Positions 1 to 9,935 of a stretch of DNA of 64,000 nucleotides are shown here, one piece after another (position 1 is the first letter of the stretch; every line of letters begins with the position of its first letter). Location of the stretch: assembly GCF_014636315.1 (NCBI RefSeq), contig NZ_BMED01000001.1, positions 685,941 through 749,940 on the forward strand, in the 5' to 3' direction. Origin of the DNA: Undibacterium terreum (GTDB lineage: Bacteria; Pseudomonadota; Gammaproteobacteria; Burkholderiales; Burkholderiaceae_D). The notes below the pieces were generated by a model that made no database searches, had not been told where the DNA came from, and worked only from the letters and a program-made list of their open reading frames with translations. Made by a program: the position numbers and the translations under genes.

Positions 1-1683
1 CTGCAATCCGTCTTCGATGAACAACGTTTGCCATCGAACTGGATAGGCACCATCGTGGACAGGGAGGGTGTCGTAGTCGCGCGCAACAAACAGGCGCAGG
101 ACTTTGTAGGCCGCCAGGGCAACGGCCCCATCATGAACAAAATCCGGCAGGAGCGCGAGGGTTTCAACGAGGGTACTGCGCTGAGTGGTGAAGCAGTCTC
201 CGCCTTCTTCAGCAAAGCTCCCGGCTCGGACTGGACCTTTGTCGTCAGCGTGCCGCAAAAGGATATGCAAAGAGCGGCGGCAGATGCGACGATGATGCTG
301 GTCTTGCTGTCTCTGTGCCTGTTGGGATGCGCGATCTGGGCCGCCCTGTGGGTGGCTGCCGGCACCAGCAATTCTGCCCAGGCATTGCGGCTGGCAGCCC
401 AATCCCTGGGGCGCGGGGAAGACATTGCGCCCCGCTCGTTCGACATAGAAGAAATGGATGCAGTGCATACCGCCATGCAAAAAGCCGCGGTTGATCTGCA
501 GGACGCCAAGCAGGAGTTGGAACGCCGCGTGGAAGTAGCCGTCGCGGATGCCAAGCGCGCCCAGCAGGCTTTGCTGCAGGCACAAAAACTGGAATCCCTG
601 GGCCGCCTGACTGGCGGCATTGCGCATGACTTTAATAATGTACTGCAGACCTTGACCACCGGATTGCAGGTCGCTGCGATGACCAGCAAGGACGACAAGA
701 TCAAGAATCTGATCGCCACCTGCCAGCGCGCGGTCAAGCAAGGCACGCAACTGGCATCGCAATTGATGGCCTTCGGCCGTATGCAGGAAGCAAGGCTGGA
801 AACCATAGACCTGGCACGCCAGCTCAACAGTGCAACGCCGCTGCTGACCGGCGCACTACCCAGCAGTGTAGAACTCGGGTTGGATATTGCTGACGATCTA
901 TGGCCGGTTACCCTCGACCCTTTGCAGTTCGAGCTTGCGTTGCTCAATCTGATCCTGAACGCCCGCGACGCGATGCCCCAGGGAGGAAATATCAGGCTGG
1001 CTATCCATAACGAGATCCTGACCAAACCCAAGGACACGCTGCCCGCAGGGGATTATGTCTGCATCACCCTCAGCGATTCCGGCTCCGGCATGAGTCCCGA
1101 TGTATCGAGCAAAGCACTGGATCCATTCTTTACAACCAAGGAAGCGGGCAAAGGCTCGGGCATGGGATTGCCGCAAGCCTATGGATTTGCCAAGCAAAGC
1201 GGCGGTACGCTGATACTGGACAGCAAACCCGGAGCCGGCACCGTGGTCACCATTTACCTGCCCCGCTCGCCTGACGACGTTCCGGCGATAAAAACGTCCG
1301 GCGACCAGCTCAGCCAAAGCATGCCGCCGGCCAGGCTGTTGCTGGTGGAGGACAATACGCTGATCAGGGAAACGGTCAGGCCAGCGCTGGAGCTGACGGG
1401 CCTGAACGTGACCGTTGCCAGGGATGGCGACGAGGCACTGCGCATACTTGATTCCGGCGCCAGTTTCGATCTTATCCTGTCCGATATCGTGATGCCGGGC
1501 GCAACCGATGGCATAGCGCTGGCGAGAGAGATCAGCAGCCGCTTCCACGCGATGCATGTCGTGCTGGCCACCGGATATACGGAGAATGCCGTGAACATAC
1601 CCGGCGTGCGCGTTCTTGCCAAACCTTATGAACTGGGTGACCTGATCAATGTACTAAAACATGAACTGCAACGCCGAACGTAA
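1..1683 (+). CDS. Hybrid sensor histidine kinase/response regulator, 5'-truncated at the window edge (sensor domain, TM, HisKA, HATPase_c, C-terminal REC)
   Basis: The reading frame is open from nt 1 (LQSVFDEQRL...). The tool ORF starts at an internal TTG at nt 28. H-box HDFNNVLQTL, G-box GMGLPQAYGFAKQSGGTL, and a receiver with LLLVEDN...D. Stop TAA at 1681-1683. Confidence 0.85.
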   Translation: MQSVFDEQRLPSNWIGTIVDREGVVVARNKQAQDFVGRQGNGPIMNKIRQEREGFNEGTALSGEAVSAFFSKAPGSDWTFVVSVPQKDMQRAAADATMMLVLLSLCLLGCAIWAALWVAAGTSNSAQALRLAAQSLGRGEDIAPRSFDIEEMDAVHTAMQKAAVDLQDAKQELERRVEVAVADAKRAQQALLQAQKLESLGRLTGGIAHDFNNVLQTLTTGLQVAAMTSKDDKIKNLIATCQRAVKQGTQLASQLMAFGRMQEARLETIDLARQLNSATPLLTGALPSSVELGLDIADDLWPVTLDPLQFELALLNLILNARDAMPQGGNIRLAIHNEILTKPKDTLPAGDYVCITLSDSGSGMSPDVSSKALDPFFTTKEAGKGSGMGLPQAYGFAKQSGGTLILDSKPGAGTVVTIYLPRSPDDVPAIKTSGDQLSQSMPPARLLLVEDNTLIRETVRPALELTGLNVTVARDGDEALRILDSGASFDLILSDIVMPGATDGIALAREISSRFHAMHVVLATGYTENAVNIPGVRVLAKPYELGDLINVLKHELQRRT

Positions 1684-1710
1684 AAGTAAAGCAAACAGCC
1701 GCAGGTAAAA

Positions 1711-3969
1711 TCAGGCCGAGGCAAAACGGTTGCGCAATATATCCAGCAGGCTGTCGACGTCCACCGGTTTGACCAGATGGCGGTCAAAGCCGGCATTGAA
1801 GGCGCGCTGCCTGTCGGCCAACTGGCCATAGCCGGTCAGAGCCACCAGGGTCATATGCTGCAGGGCCGGATAGCTGCGCAGGCGGCTCGCTACCTGGTAG
1901 CCGTCAATGTCCGGCAGCCCTATGTCCACGACGGCTACCGCCGGTTCGTGCTCCAGCGCCCGCAAGACTCCCTGCTCACCGGTTTCCGCCTCCACTACCT
2001 GATAGCCGTGCATATCGAGCAGCGCCGCCATCATTTCACGCGCATCACGGTTGTCTTCCACCAGCAAAACCACGAGTGCACCGGAAGGACGCCTGTCCGG
2101 CACCAGCGTCTTGGCAGCAACGTCTGCGGCGTTCTGCAATAAAGGCAGCCGCACCAGCACCGTCGCCCCTTGGCCGGTGCCGGCACTGCTGACGACGACC
2201 TCTCCGCCATGCAGTTGCACCAGTTGCCTGACAAGGTGCAAGCCTATACCCAGCCCGCCCAGCGCCTTGTCCGATTGCGCCGTGCCCTGCACAAAGGCAT
2301 CGAAAACGTGCGGCAGCAGTTCCTCGGAAATCCCTATGCCGGTATCGCGTATCAGCAATACCGCCGTATTCGACACTTCCTCGGCCTTGACCGTAATGTC
2401 GATTTTTCCGCCCGACGGCGTGAACTTGAGCGCATTGCCGATCAGGTTGCTGATGATTTGCTCCAGCCGCGTCGCGTCCGCATCCACCCAGACCGGCTCG
2501 GCAGCAACCGAAATGGCGTAGCCGCTGGTACGCCCTGTCGTATGCAGGGCATCGACGCAGGCTTTGGCAACGGCGGCCAGATCAAGCGGTTTTTTACTCA
2601 GCGATATCTTGCCCATGCTCATGCGGCTCAGGTCCAGCAGATCGTCAACGATGTGACCCAGATGGCGGCTCTGGCGCGCGATGATCTCCTGTGCGCGGGT
2701 CGTCTGCGAATTTTCGCCGGCCGACGTCTGCTGCATTTGCATCAACCGTATGGCCCCGGCGATCGCACTGAGCGGATTACGTAATTCATGTCCCAGCAAG
2801 GCCAGGAACTGGTCCTTGGCCTTGTTTTGCTGCTCAGCCAGTTGCCGCGCAAGCTGCTCATTGCCCAGCAGTGCCTCGCGCTCTGCTTCTGCGCGCTGGC
2901 GCGATTGCAATTCCTGGCGCAGCAGTATTCCCGCATTATTCAACGCAGCGTGGAGCTTGTCGATTTCTTCAATATCGGTATGATTTTCCAGTGGAACTTC
3001 TGCCCGTCCTATCACAGCCGCCGAGTCCGCCGCTCCGGCGATGGCGTGCACCAGACGGCGGCTGACCAGCGCCGCAGTGCCGGCTGCCGCCAGAATGGCT
3101 GCCAGCAAGCCCAACGCAGCCACCTTGACCGCCCGCCGCGCAGACATCTCTATCTGGTCTGCCGGTGCGGCAATTGCCACCGTCCAGCCAGACAGCGCCG
3201 AATGCACAAAAACATCGTAGGCATCCGTTCCTTCCAGCGTGAAATGCCGTATCTGCCCCTGGGACGCTTCGCGTGCGGCCTTGATCAACTCCACCCGCGC
3301 CGGCTTGCCTATCATTTGCTCGGCCCCACGGTTACGGCTGATGAAATTGCCATCACGGTCAATGATTGCCACCGTCCATCTGGAGGGGATATTGGAACGC
3401 GTTATGAGCTGCATGAAGTAGTCTGCAGCAAAAGTCTCGGTCAGGATGTATTGGACGTCTCCGGGAAGGGATACGGGGATGTTGACCGTTGTTACCCAGC
3501 GGCCAGTCAGCGGTCCTTTGAGCAGGTTGGAGACATAGGTTCTGTTGCCGCTTACACCGTCCAGCACGCCCTTCAAGCCCAGCACGTTAGCCTGGGCATT
3601 CAACAATTCCGCGGAACTGGGCAAGGCATTGCCAAAGGGGCGTAGCGTATTGATCAGCTGCTGCCCCTGATAATTGAACAGCAGGGTCCAGGAACCGGGC
3701 CCACGGTCGGCAGACTTGGCCTGCGCATGAAAACTGCGCATATCTCCCTCTGCCAGGGCACGCGAGGTGCTGAGCACTCTCAGCGCAGAGTCAGCCCGTC
3801 CAAGCTCGCCATCCACCATCAATGCCAGTGCACGCGCAGCCTCACCCACATTTTTCAGTGCAGCATTGCGCTCTGCATCCAGCAGCAAATTCAACGCGAC
3901 GGCAGAAAAGACAACCACCGGAAGCAGCGTTGCAGTAGCAATCAACATGAGCTGAGTACGTATTTTCAT
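1711..3969 (-). CDS. Hybrid sensor histidine kinase with periplasmic double-Cache domain, HisKA/HATPase_c and C-terminal REC
   Basis: ATG at 3969 lies behind a GGAG RBS (rc tcGGAGtaaagATG). The N-terminal TM segment MKIRTQLMLIATATLLPVVVF is followed by H-box LGHELRNPLSAI, an ATPase G-box and receiver LVVLLVEDNRDAREMM. The tool ORF is extended upstream to 4107 through an unlikely leader. Confidence 0.85.
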   Translation of the reverse strand: MKIRTQLMLIATATLLPVVVFSAVALNLLLDAERNAALKNVGEAARALALMVDGELGRADSALRVLSTSRALAEGDMRSFHAQAKSADRGPGSWTLLFNYQGQQLINTLRPFGNALPSSAELLNAQANVLGLKGVLDGVSGNRTYVSNLLKGPLTGRWVTTVNIPVSLPGDVQYILTETFAADYFMQLITRSNIPSRWTVAIIDRDGNFISRNRGAEQMIGKPARVELIKAAREASQGQIRHFTLEGTDAYDVFVHSALSGWTVAIAAPADQIEMSARRAVKVAALGLLAAILAAAGTAALVSRRLVHAIAGAADSAAVIGRAEVPLENHTDIEEIDKLHAALNNAGILLRQELQSRQRAEAEREALLGNEQLARQLAEQQNKAKDQFLALLGHELRNPLSAIAGAIRLMQMQQTSAGENSQTTRAQEIIARQSRHLGHIVDDLLDLSRMSMGKISLSKKPLDLAAVAKACVDALHTTGRTSGYAISVAAEPVWVDADATRLEQIISNLIGNALKFTPSGGKIDITVKAEEVSNTAVLLIRDTGIGISEELLPHVFDAFVQGTAQSDKALGGLGIGLHLVRQLVQLHGGEVVVSSAGTGQGATVLVRLPLLQNAADVAAKTLVPDRRPSGALVVLLVEDNRDAREMMAALLDMHGYQVVEAETGEQGVLRALEHEPAVAVVDIGLPDIDGYQVASRLRSYPALQHMTLVALTGYGQLADRQRAFNAGFDRHLVKPVDVDSLLDILRNRFASA

Positions 3970-4175
3970 CTTTACTCCGATGCGAGAGCACCGATTGTAA
4001 ACATATTTACCGCCTGTATAGGCATCATTTGGACAAGGGAAATTCGTTTTTTGCACATCTTGGCGCATTTTTAACGCATTAGACAGGAAACCCACAGATG
4101 AAAACAATAGGATTGATCTATGCCTTTTCGTATTGTTTAATAGTAGACCAATAAAAAACCAAAATCGGAGACACT

Positions 4176-5483
4176 ATGAAAGTAACTATGGCCGCAGTGA
4201 CCGCCCTTGCCTTAAGCAGCGCCTGTCTGGCGCAAACCGCCCCCGCTCTGCCCGATCCGGCGGGCACAGATCCGAAAGCCCTTGGCTGGATGCAAGGCTT
4301 CCCCCCTGCAGCGGACAAAGTCGTCACCTTCGGCAATGGCAGCTTTTATAGTTTCCCACGCACCCGCTGGTCGTTTTCGCACATGCGAGAGATGCTGCCT
4401 ACGGTGAATGTCTGGCGCGGCAGCGGCACGCCTTCCGTGCTGCCAGTCGCCCCGAAAGACCTGGACAAGCTCAGCTTTACCGATGACAAGGGAGCCAAGG
4501 CAAGCTGGGCAGAGATGCTGACCCGCACCTATACCGACAGCATCATCGTTCTGCACAAGGGAAAGGTGATCTATGAAAAATACACGGGCAGCGCAGAGCC
4601 GCAGTTGCCGCATTCGGCGTTTTCCGTCACCAAATCCTTCATAGGCACGCTGGCCGCGATGCTTGCGACCGAAGGCAGCCTGGACCCGTCCGCGCCTGTC
4701 ACCAAATACATACCCGAACTGAAAGACAGCGCCTACGGCGACGCCACCGTGCGCCAGGTGATGGACATGACGATAGGCGTGCAGTATTCAGAAAACTATG
4801 CCGATCCCAAAGCGGAGATATTCGACTATGCACGCTCAGGCGGTATGCTGCCGCTGCCCCCGGGCTATGCCGGCCCGAAGAATTTTTATGAATTCCTGGT
4901 CAAGCTGAAGAAAGAAGGCAATCACGGCGAAGGCTTTGCATACAAGACCGTCAACGCAGAGGTGCTGACCTGGATCATCAAGCGCGCCACCGGCAAATCC
5001 GCAGCGGCACTGATGTCGGAAAAAATCTGGCAAAAGCTGGGAGCTGAAAACGACGCCTACTTCAGCGTGGACGCCATCGGTTCGGAATCCGGCGGCGGCG
5101 GCCTTAGCCTACCGCTGCGCGATATGGCCCGCTTCGGCGAAATGATGCGCCTGGGCGGTAAATTCAATGGCCAGCAGATTGTGCCCACGTCCGTCGTTGA
5201 CGATATACGCAAAGGCGGCGATCCCGCCAAATTCGCCAAAGCCGGCTACCCAGACGTGCTGGGCTACGGCGCAGGTTATGCGTACCGCAATATGTGGTGG
5301 GTCTCCAACAACAAGAACGGCGTATTCGATGCACGCGGCATCCATGGCCAGCGCGTGTATATCGATCCCAAGGCGGAACTGGTGATTGCCAAATTTTCTT
5401 CCCACCCAATAGCCGGAAATATGGCCAATATCCCGCTGACCGATGCGGCGTTCGGTGCATTGGCTGACTACCTGAGTAAGTAG
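4176..5483 (+). CDS. Secreted serine hydrolase of the beta-lactamase/transpeptidase fold (class C beta-lactamase / NylB-type esterase family)
   Basis: GGAG RBS before ATG. N-terminal signal peptide MKVTMAAVTALALSSACLAQTAPA. S-x-x-K active-site motif in SAFSVTKSFIGTLAAML. Confidence 0.8.
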   Translation: MKVTMAAVTALALSSACLAQTAPALPDPAGTDPKALGWMQGFPPAADKVVTFGNGSFYSFPRTRWSFSHMREMLPTVNVWRGSGTPSVLPVAPKDLDKLSFTDDKGAKASWAEMLTRTYTDSIIVLHKGKVIYEKYTGSAEPQLPHSAFSVTKSFIGTLAAMLATEGSLDPSAPVTKYIPELKDSAYGDATVRQVMDMTIGVQYSENYADPKAEIFDYARSGGMLPLPPGYAGPKNFYEFLVKLKKEGNHGEGFAYKTVNAEVLTWIIKRATGKSAAALMSEKIWQKLGAENDAYFSVDAIGSESGGGGLSLPLRDMARFGEMMRLGGKFNGQQIVPTSVVDDIRKGGDPAKFAKAGYPDVLGYGAGYAYRNMWWVSNNKNGVFDARGIHGQRVYIDPKAELVIAKFSSHPIAGNMANIPLTDAAFGALADYLSK

Positions 5484-5543
5484 CTAAGTAAGTAGCTAAG
5501 TAAGTAGCTAAGTAAGTAGCTAAGTAAGTAGCTGAATAAGTAG
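5472..5543. repeat. Tandem repeat of six 12-nt units (CTRAGTAAGTAG), the first being the last four codons of the hydrolase gene
   Basis: Read directly: ctgagtaagtag + 4 x ctaagtaagtag + ctgaataagtag. Each unit reads Leu-Ser-Lys-stop in the CDS frame. Confidence 0.9.
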
Positions 5544-5578
5544 GCTGGAAACCGGCGCCCCATGGGTTTGCCGGCCAT

Positions 5579-5605
5579 TGAGGCCGCCGTTTTTACCGGC
5601 GGCCT
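5579..5605 (+). terminator. GC-rich hairpin (GAGGCCGCCG-tttttac-CGGCGGCCTC) downstream of the hydrolase gene, with no 3' U-tract
   Basis: 10-bp perfect stem read from the sequence, followed by aaataaa rather than a T-run. Weak as an intrinsic terminator. Confidence 0.35.
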
Positions 5606-5830
5606 CAAATAAACTCCTCATGCCCCACCCCGTACCGGGGCATACATTTCAAACCCTTATTTCCATTTGACAAGAAACGACCACCCGGTTTGCTAGGTGC
5701 ATTTTCATTAATTCACAAATTATGAATGAACTATCAACAAATCTCACATTGATACACTGATTCATAAATCATATCCTGTGTTCACCGGGCAGCACTGTCG
5801 TCGACAGTAACGCCCACCTACCAGGAGAAT

Positions 5831-6793
5831 ATGATGAAACAAGCAAACAGCCTGCTGCGCGGCATTATCAGCACCGTCGCAGCGATCAGCATCAGCCTGT
5901 CATTTGGAGCCCAGGCCCAAACCCAGCAGGAAATTACACCGACAGCCCCCGGCTTCAGCGCACACGATGTCAAAGTCAACGGCGTACAGCTGCATTACCA
6001 GATTAGCGGCAAAGGCAGCCCTGTAGTGTTGATCCACGGCTATACCGATACCGGCTATATGTGGACGCCTGTCATGCCTGATCTGGCCAAGAACCATACT
6101 GTCATCGTGCCCGACCTGCGCGGCGCCGGCCAATCGGAAAAAGCAGCCGGTGGCTACGATAAAAAAACCATGGCGCAAGATATCCACGCACTGGTGAAAT
6201 CGCTGGGCTACCAACATGCAACGATAGTCGGCCATGATATCGGCCTGATGGTGGCTTATGCGTATGCAGCGCAATATCCGCAAGAGACGGACCGCGTGGT
6301 ACTGATGGATGCATTCCTGCCAGGCATAGGCAACTGGAAAGACATGTGGCTGCTGCGCGATCTGTGGCACTTCCACTTCTACGGCGAAGTCCCGCTGGCA
6401 TTGGTAGAAGGACGCGAACGTATCTACCTGGAACACTTCTGGAACGATTTTGCCGCCGACCGCAATCATTCTGTATCGGAAGCTGATCGCCGCATCTATG
6501 CCAGGGCCTATGCGCAGCCAGGAGCAATGCGTGCCGGATTCGAGTATTTCCATAATTTTGAGAAAGACGCGCAAGACTTCCAGCAATTGGGCCAAACCAA
6601 GCTGACTATGCCGGTACTGGTCATCGCAGGCGAAAAATCAGGCAGCACTTTCCTGGTGGATCAAGTCAAGCTGGTTGCTACTGATGTGAAAGGCGAAGTC
6701 ATTCCTAATTCCGGCCACTGGCTCATGGAAGAAGCTCCTGAAAAAGTAATTCCCCTGCTGAAAGATTTCATCAACGCGAAATCAGTTAAGTAA
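5831..6793 (+). CDS. Secreted alpha/beta-fold hydrolase, epoxide hydrolase / haloalkane dehalogenase-like
   Basis: AGGAGA RBS. Signal peptide. HGxxD oxyanion-type motif IHGYTDTGYMW and nucleophile elbow VGHDIGLMVA with Asp in place of Ser, as in epoxide hydrolases. Confidence 0.75.
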   Translation: MMKQANSLLRGIISTVAAISISLSFGAQAQTQQEITPTAPGFSAHDVKVNGVQLHYQISGKGSPVVLIHGYTDTGYMWTPVMPDLAKNHTVIVPDLRGAGQSEKAAGGYDKKTMAQDIHALVKSLGYQHATIVGHDIGLMVAYAYAAQYPQETDRVVLMDAFLPGIGNWKDMWLLRDLWHFHFYGEVPLALVEGRERIYLEHFWNDFAADRNHSVSEADRRIYARAYAQPGAMRAGFEYFHNFEKDAQDFQQLGQTKLTMPVLVIAGEKSGSTFLVDQVKLVATDVKGEVIPNSGHWLMEEAPEKVIPLLKDFINAKSVK

Positions 6794-6815
6794 GAAGTAA
6801 GCCCAGAAGTACCCT

Positions 6816-6846
6816 CCGACATCCTTCCCACGCCGAAGGATGTCGG
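6816..6846 (+). terminator. 12-bp perfect hairpin (CCGACATCCTTC-ccacgcc-GAAGGATGTCGG) directly after the alpha/beta hydrolase gene; no U-tract
   Basis: Inverted repeat read from the sequence 22 nt after the stop codon. Confidence 0.4.
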
Positions 6847-7156
6847 CGCATCCCCCGTCAAAAAGTCTCCGGCGGTTCTCCTCCACATCCCCCCGGCAGC
6901 AAAATCCGATAAACAGTTACCCTCAATACACCCTATCACATCAAAAACATGGCAAAAAAGATAATCAATGAATTGCCGCCCAAGAAATATTCACCTATGA
7001 TGTACTGCATAGCACAATAGAGTCAGGCCCGAGGCCTAAGCTTCGCAGGCCAGACCGGTAGCCTCGTTTTCCGCTTATAATTTTTTATATGGGACTCATG
7101 CCGGAAACGAGAACAGTTGCAGGAATTTTGAAGCGCACAATACATGCGCTGGACAG

Positions 7157-7666
7157 ATGCAGATAATGAAAAATCCAGATGTAGACCAAGCCGTGGAAGA
7201 CAGCCTGAGAGTGCTGCAAGGCCTTGGCAAGGAAGAGCCGGAAGTCAGCGCTACACCGCCCACGCCGCTACCGGCTTTCACGATGAAGCTGCCGCGGCCC
7301 AATGTCCGCGGACACAAGCGCTACCTGGTCAAATGGCGCATGGCCATTGTCTATGAAGGCGGCAACGGCAAAAAGACCTTCCACGGCCGGGTCAACGATA
7401 TTTCCCTTGGCGGACTCAGCATCCACTGCGACCACAATGTTTTTTATGAAGGCAAGGTGATCCTGCTGCTGGCACTGCCGCCTCTGAATGCGGGCACCAG
7501 GGAAAAGATATTGGAAATCAGCTGCCGCATGAATTACACAATCTTGTCGCAGCAGCTGTTCCGTATCGGCCTGGAGTTTCTGGAGTTCCGCAAGGGCGAC
7601 AAAAAGCTGCTGGAAGAAAGACTGGAAATCAGCAATGCCGGCGGCATGGCCTATATGGACGTTTAA
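7157..7666 (+). CDS. PilZ-domain c-di-GMP receptor protein
   Basis: RxxxR motif (RGHKRYLVKWR) and D-x-S-x-x-G motif (NDISLGGLSI), the two hallmark PilZ c-di-GMP-binding motifs. The start could instead be the internal MKNPDV. Confidence 0.7.
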   Translation: MQIMKNPDVDQAVEDSLRVLQGLGKEEPEVSATPPTPLPAFTMKLPRPNVRGHKRYLVKWRMAIVYEGGNGKKTFHGRVNDISLGGLSIHCDHNVFYEGKVILLLALPPLNAGTREKILEISCRMNYTILSQQLFRIGLEFLEFRKGDKKLLEERLEISNAGGMAYMDV

Positions 7667-7689
7667 GCCCACCAAGCCTCACATGCACG

Positions 7690-9558
7690 TCATTCTTGCA
7701 GGAAGTCGCGCAATTGCGCTGCGCTGAGCGCCAAGGCTTGCTGCGGCCGGTCCCGCAGGCGGGTCAGCAGACTGACAATAGAATCCGGGGTGCGGGATTT
7801 ACTGAAATACCATCCCTGCACGCAATTGGCGCCGCGCCGCGACAGCCATTCCAGATCGGCGGCATCCTCCAGCCCCTCGCACAGCAAGTCCGCCTTGAAT
7901 AATTCCGCAATGCCCTGTATCAAATGAAATAGCCCGGCGATGCGTTCGTTGCTGGAAACGCCGTGCACAAATTGCCGGTCCACCTTCAGGCGGTCAAAGG
8001 GAAAACTATTGATCGCATCCAGGTTGGAATAACCGGTGCCGAAATCATCCACTGCGATACGGATTCCTAATGCGCGAAACTCATCCACGCGCGCTGACAG
8101 CAGCGACTGAGTCTCCAGCAACTGGCTCTCGGTAATTTCCAGTTCCAGCATATGGCCGGGTATATGGTATCGCGCCAGCGCAGCGCGCAGATCCGTCACC
8201 ATGCTCGGGTGCAGCAGCGAAGCGCGCGACATATTCAGCGACACCGGCACAATATCCAGCCCAGAGTCCATCCATTGCCGCATGTCGCGGCATACCTGCC
8301 TCAACACCTGATGATCCAGCGGATAGATCTTGTTAGTGCTTTCAGCCAGTGGAATGAAGGCATTCGGCATGATCAGCCCCTTCTCCGGATGCTGCCAGCG
8401 CACCAGCGCCTCCAGGCCTATCAGCTCGCCGGTGTGAAAATTGACCTGGGGCTGATAGTGCACCACCAGGTAGCCATGCATGCTTTCGCCGTCCAGCGCG
8501 CCCTGCAATTCCATGATCAGATGGGAGCGGGCCAGCAGCTCCAGCCCATACTCCTTGACCGTCGTACGCAGCAAATTGCCGGTGATTGATGATGCAGCAG
8601 TGTCCGCCGCATCCAGCAAGGCTACCGCCGAGCCGCCGAACGGCGTATCCAGGTGTTCTATGCCGACTCGCGCATGCAGGGTGCGATTGCCGATATTTTC
8701 CAGCTTGAAAGGCGCGCTGATCACCGTCTTCAGCAGCTCCAGTTGTTCTATATGCTGGCGGCGGGGCCCAAACAATGCAAAGGCGAATTTATCACCGCTC
8801 AGATGCGCGACCAGGTTTTTGGTGCCGGCCCAACGGCTCAGCCTCTCGCCTATGATACGCAAGGCCTGGTTGCCTGTCTCGCGCCCGAAAACGTCATTGA
8901 ACTGGCGAAAACCCATCAGGTCCACAAAGCCGACCACAACATGGGTGCCGGGGGTGCCGGCATCCGCACTCAAGCCCATTTGCAGGTGATGCAAAAAGGT
9001 GGAGCGATTGGACATGCCGGTAATCTCGTTACAGTAACGCAGCTCCAGGACATCCACGATCTGGTTTGCCAATGCCTGCATGGTCGTACGCTGCTCGTCA
9101 TCCAACAAGCGGGGGCGGTCACTCATGACCCACAGCGTACCCAGCAAATAACCGCGCGCACCGTTCAGCAACGCTGCCGCATAATGGGAATAGCCGGGCG
9201 CCGAGGTTACCAGCGGATTACTGCAAAAGCGCTCATCCAGCGTCGCATCTTCCACCTCGAACCAGTTGGCATGGGAGCCGACTGCCTGGGTGCAAAATGA
9301 TCCCGCGCGCGGCACTGTGTTGACATCCACACCTATCCGTGAAGGCAGCCAGATTTGCGATTGGTAGACAATACTGATGCCGCCGATCTGGGCACCGGCA
9401 GCCTTGACCGCAAGCTGGGTCAGGAAATTGAGATTGGGATCCGATTGGTCTATCGTTACCGCGTAGCGCGATAGCTCGGCCAGGCGACGATCTTCGGAGT
9501 CCATTTGCTGGAATTCAAGCTCCAGCAATATATCTGTGCCCACATCCATGCAGCCCAC
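7690..9558 (-). CDS. GAF-GGDEF-EAL protein with degenerate GGDEF (SGDKF) and intact EAL: predicted c-di-GMP phosphodiesterase
   Basis: N-terminal GAF-like region. The GGDEF domain has SGDKF where GG(D/E)EF is expected. The EAL domain carries EALVRW, the DDFGTGYSNL motif and the conserved ELEITE loop. Confidence 0.85.
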   Translation of the reverse strand: MGCMDVGTDILLELEFQQMDSEDRRLAELSRYAVTIDQSDPNLNFLTQLAVKAAGAQIGGISIVYQSQIWLPSRIGVDVNTVPRAGSFCTQAVGSHANWFEVEDATLDERFCSNPLVTSAPGYSHYAAALLNGARGYLLGTLWVMSDRPRLLDDEQRTTMQALANQIVDVLELRYCNEITGMSNRSTFLHHLQMGLSADAGTPGTHVVVGFVDLMGFRQFNDVFGRETGNQALRIIGERLSRWAGTKNLVAHLSGDKFAFALFGPRRQHIEQLELLKTVISAPFKLENIGNRTLHARVGIEHLDTPFGGSAVALLDAADTAASSITGNLLRTTVKEYGLELLARSHLIMELQGALDGESMHGYLVVHYQPQVNFHTGELIGLEALVRWQHPEKGLIMPNAFIPLAESTNKIYPLDHQVLRQVCRDMRQWMDSGLDIVPVSLNMSRASLLHPSMVTDLRAALARYHIPGHMLELEITESQLLETQSLLSARVDEFRALGIRIAVDDFGTGYSNLDAINSFPFDRLKVDRQFVHGVSSNERIAGLFHLIQGIAELFKADLLCEGLEDAADLEWLSRRGANCVQGWYFSKSRTPDSIVSLLTRLRDRPQQALALSAAQLRDFLQE

Positions 9559-9884
9559 CCTTCACAAGGAGCTACCCGCTGATATTTTTATAAAGTGCCC
9601 GGTGCATACTGCCCTCAGCCAGGCGATTAGCTTTATTTATAAGCTTGCCGGGTCAGGCAGCGTTCATTTTACTGGCACTTCAGTTTGATGGCTTGGGAAA
9701 ATTATCGATGTAAATAAGAAATATTTTTTAGGCAATAGCTGGGCGGACTCGCCACTGTGCACTGGAAAACCGTCCGTGCATCGCTGTTCCAGCTTAAGGA
9801 TGCGCACGGGCGGAGCAATTGCTACTGGATGCTATTGGCCACTATTGGCTGCTACCGACCGCTGCTGATGGATAATACACGCCG

Positions 9885-9913
9885 CCGATGCACGCTAGAT
9901 AAACGTGCATCGG
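9885..9913 (-). terminator. 10-bp hairpin (CCGATGCACG-9 nt-CGTGCATCGG) about 22 nt downstream of the hmp stop; no U-tract
   Basis: Perfect inverted repeat read from the sequence. Confidence 0.35.
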
Positions 9914-9935
9914 GGATGATTCCAGGTCGTCGAAC

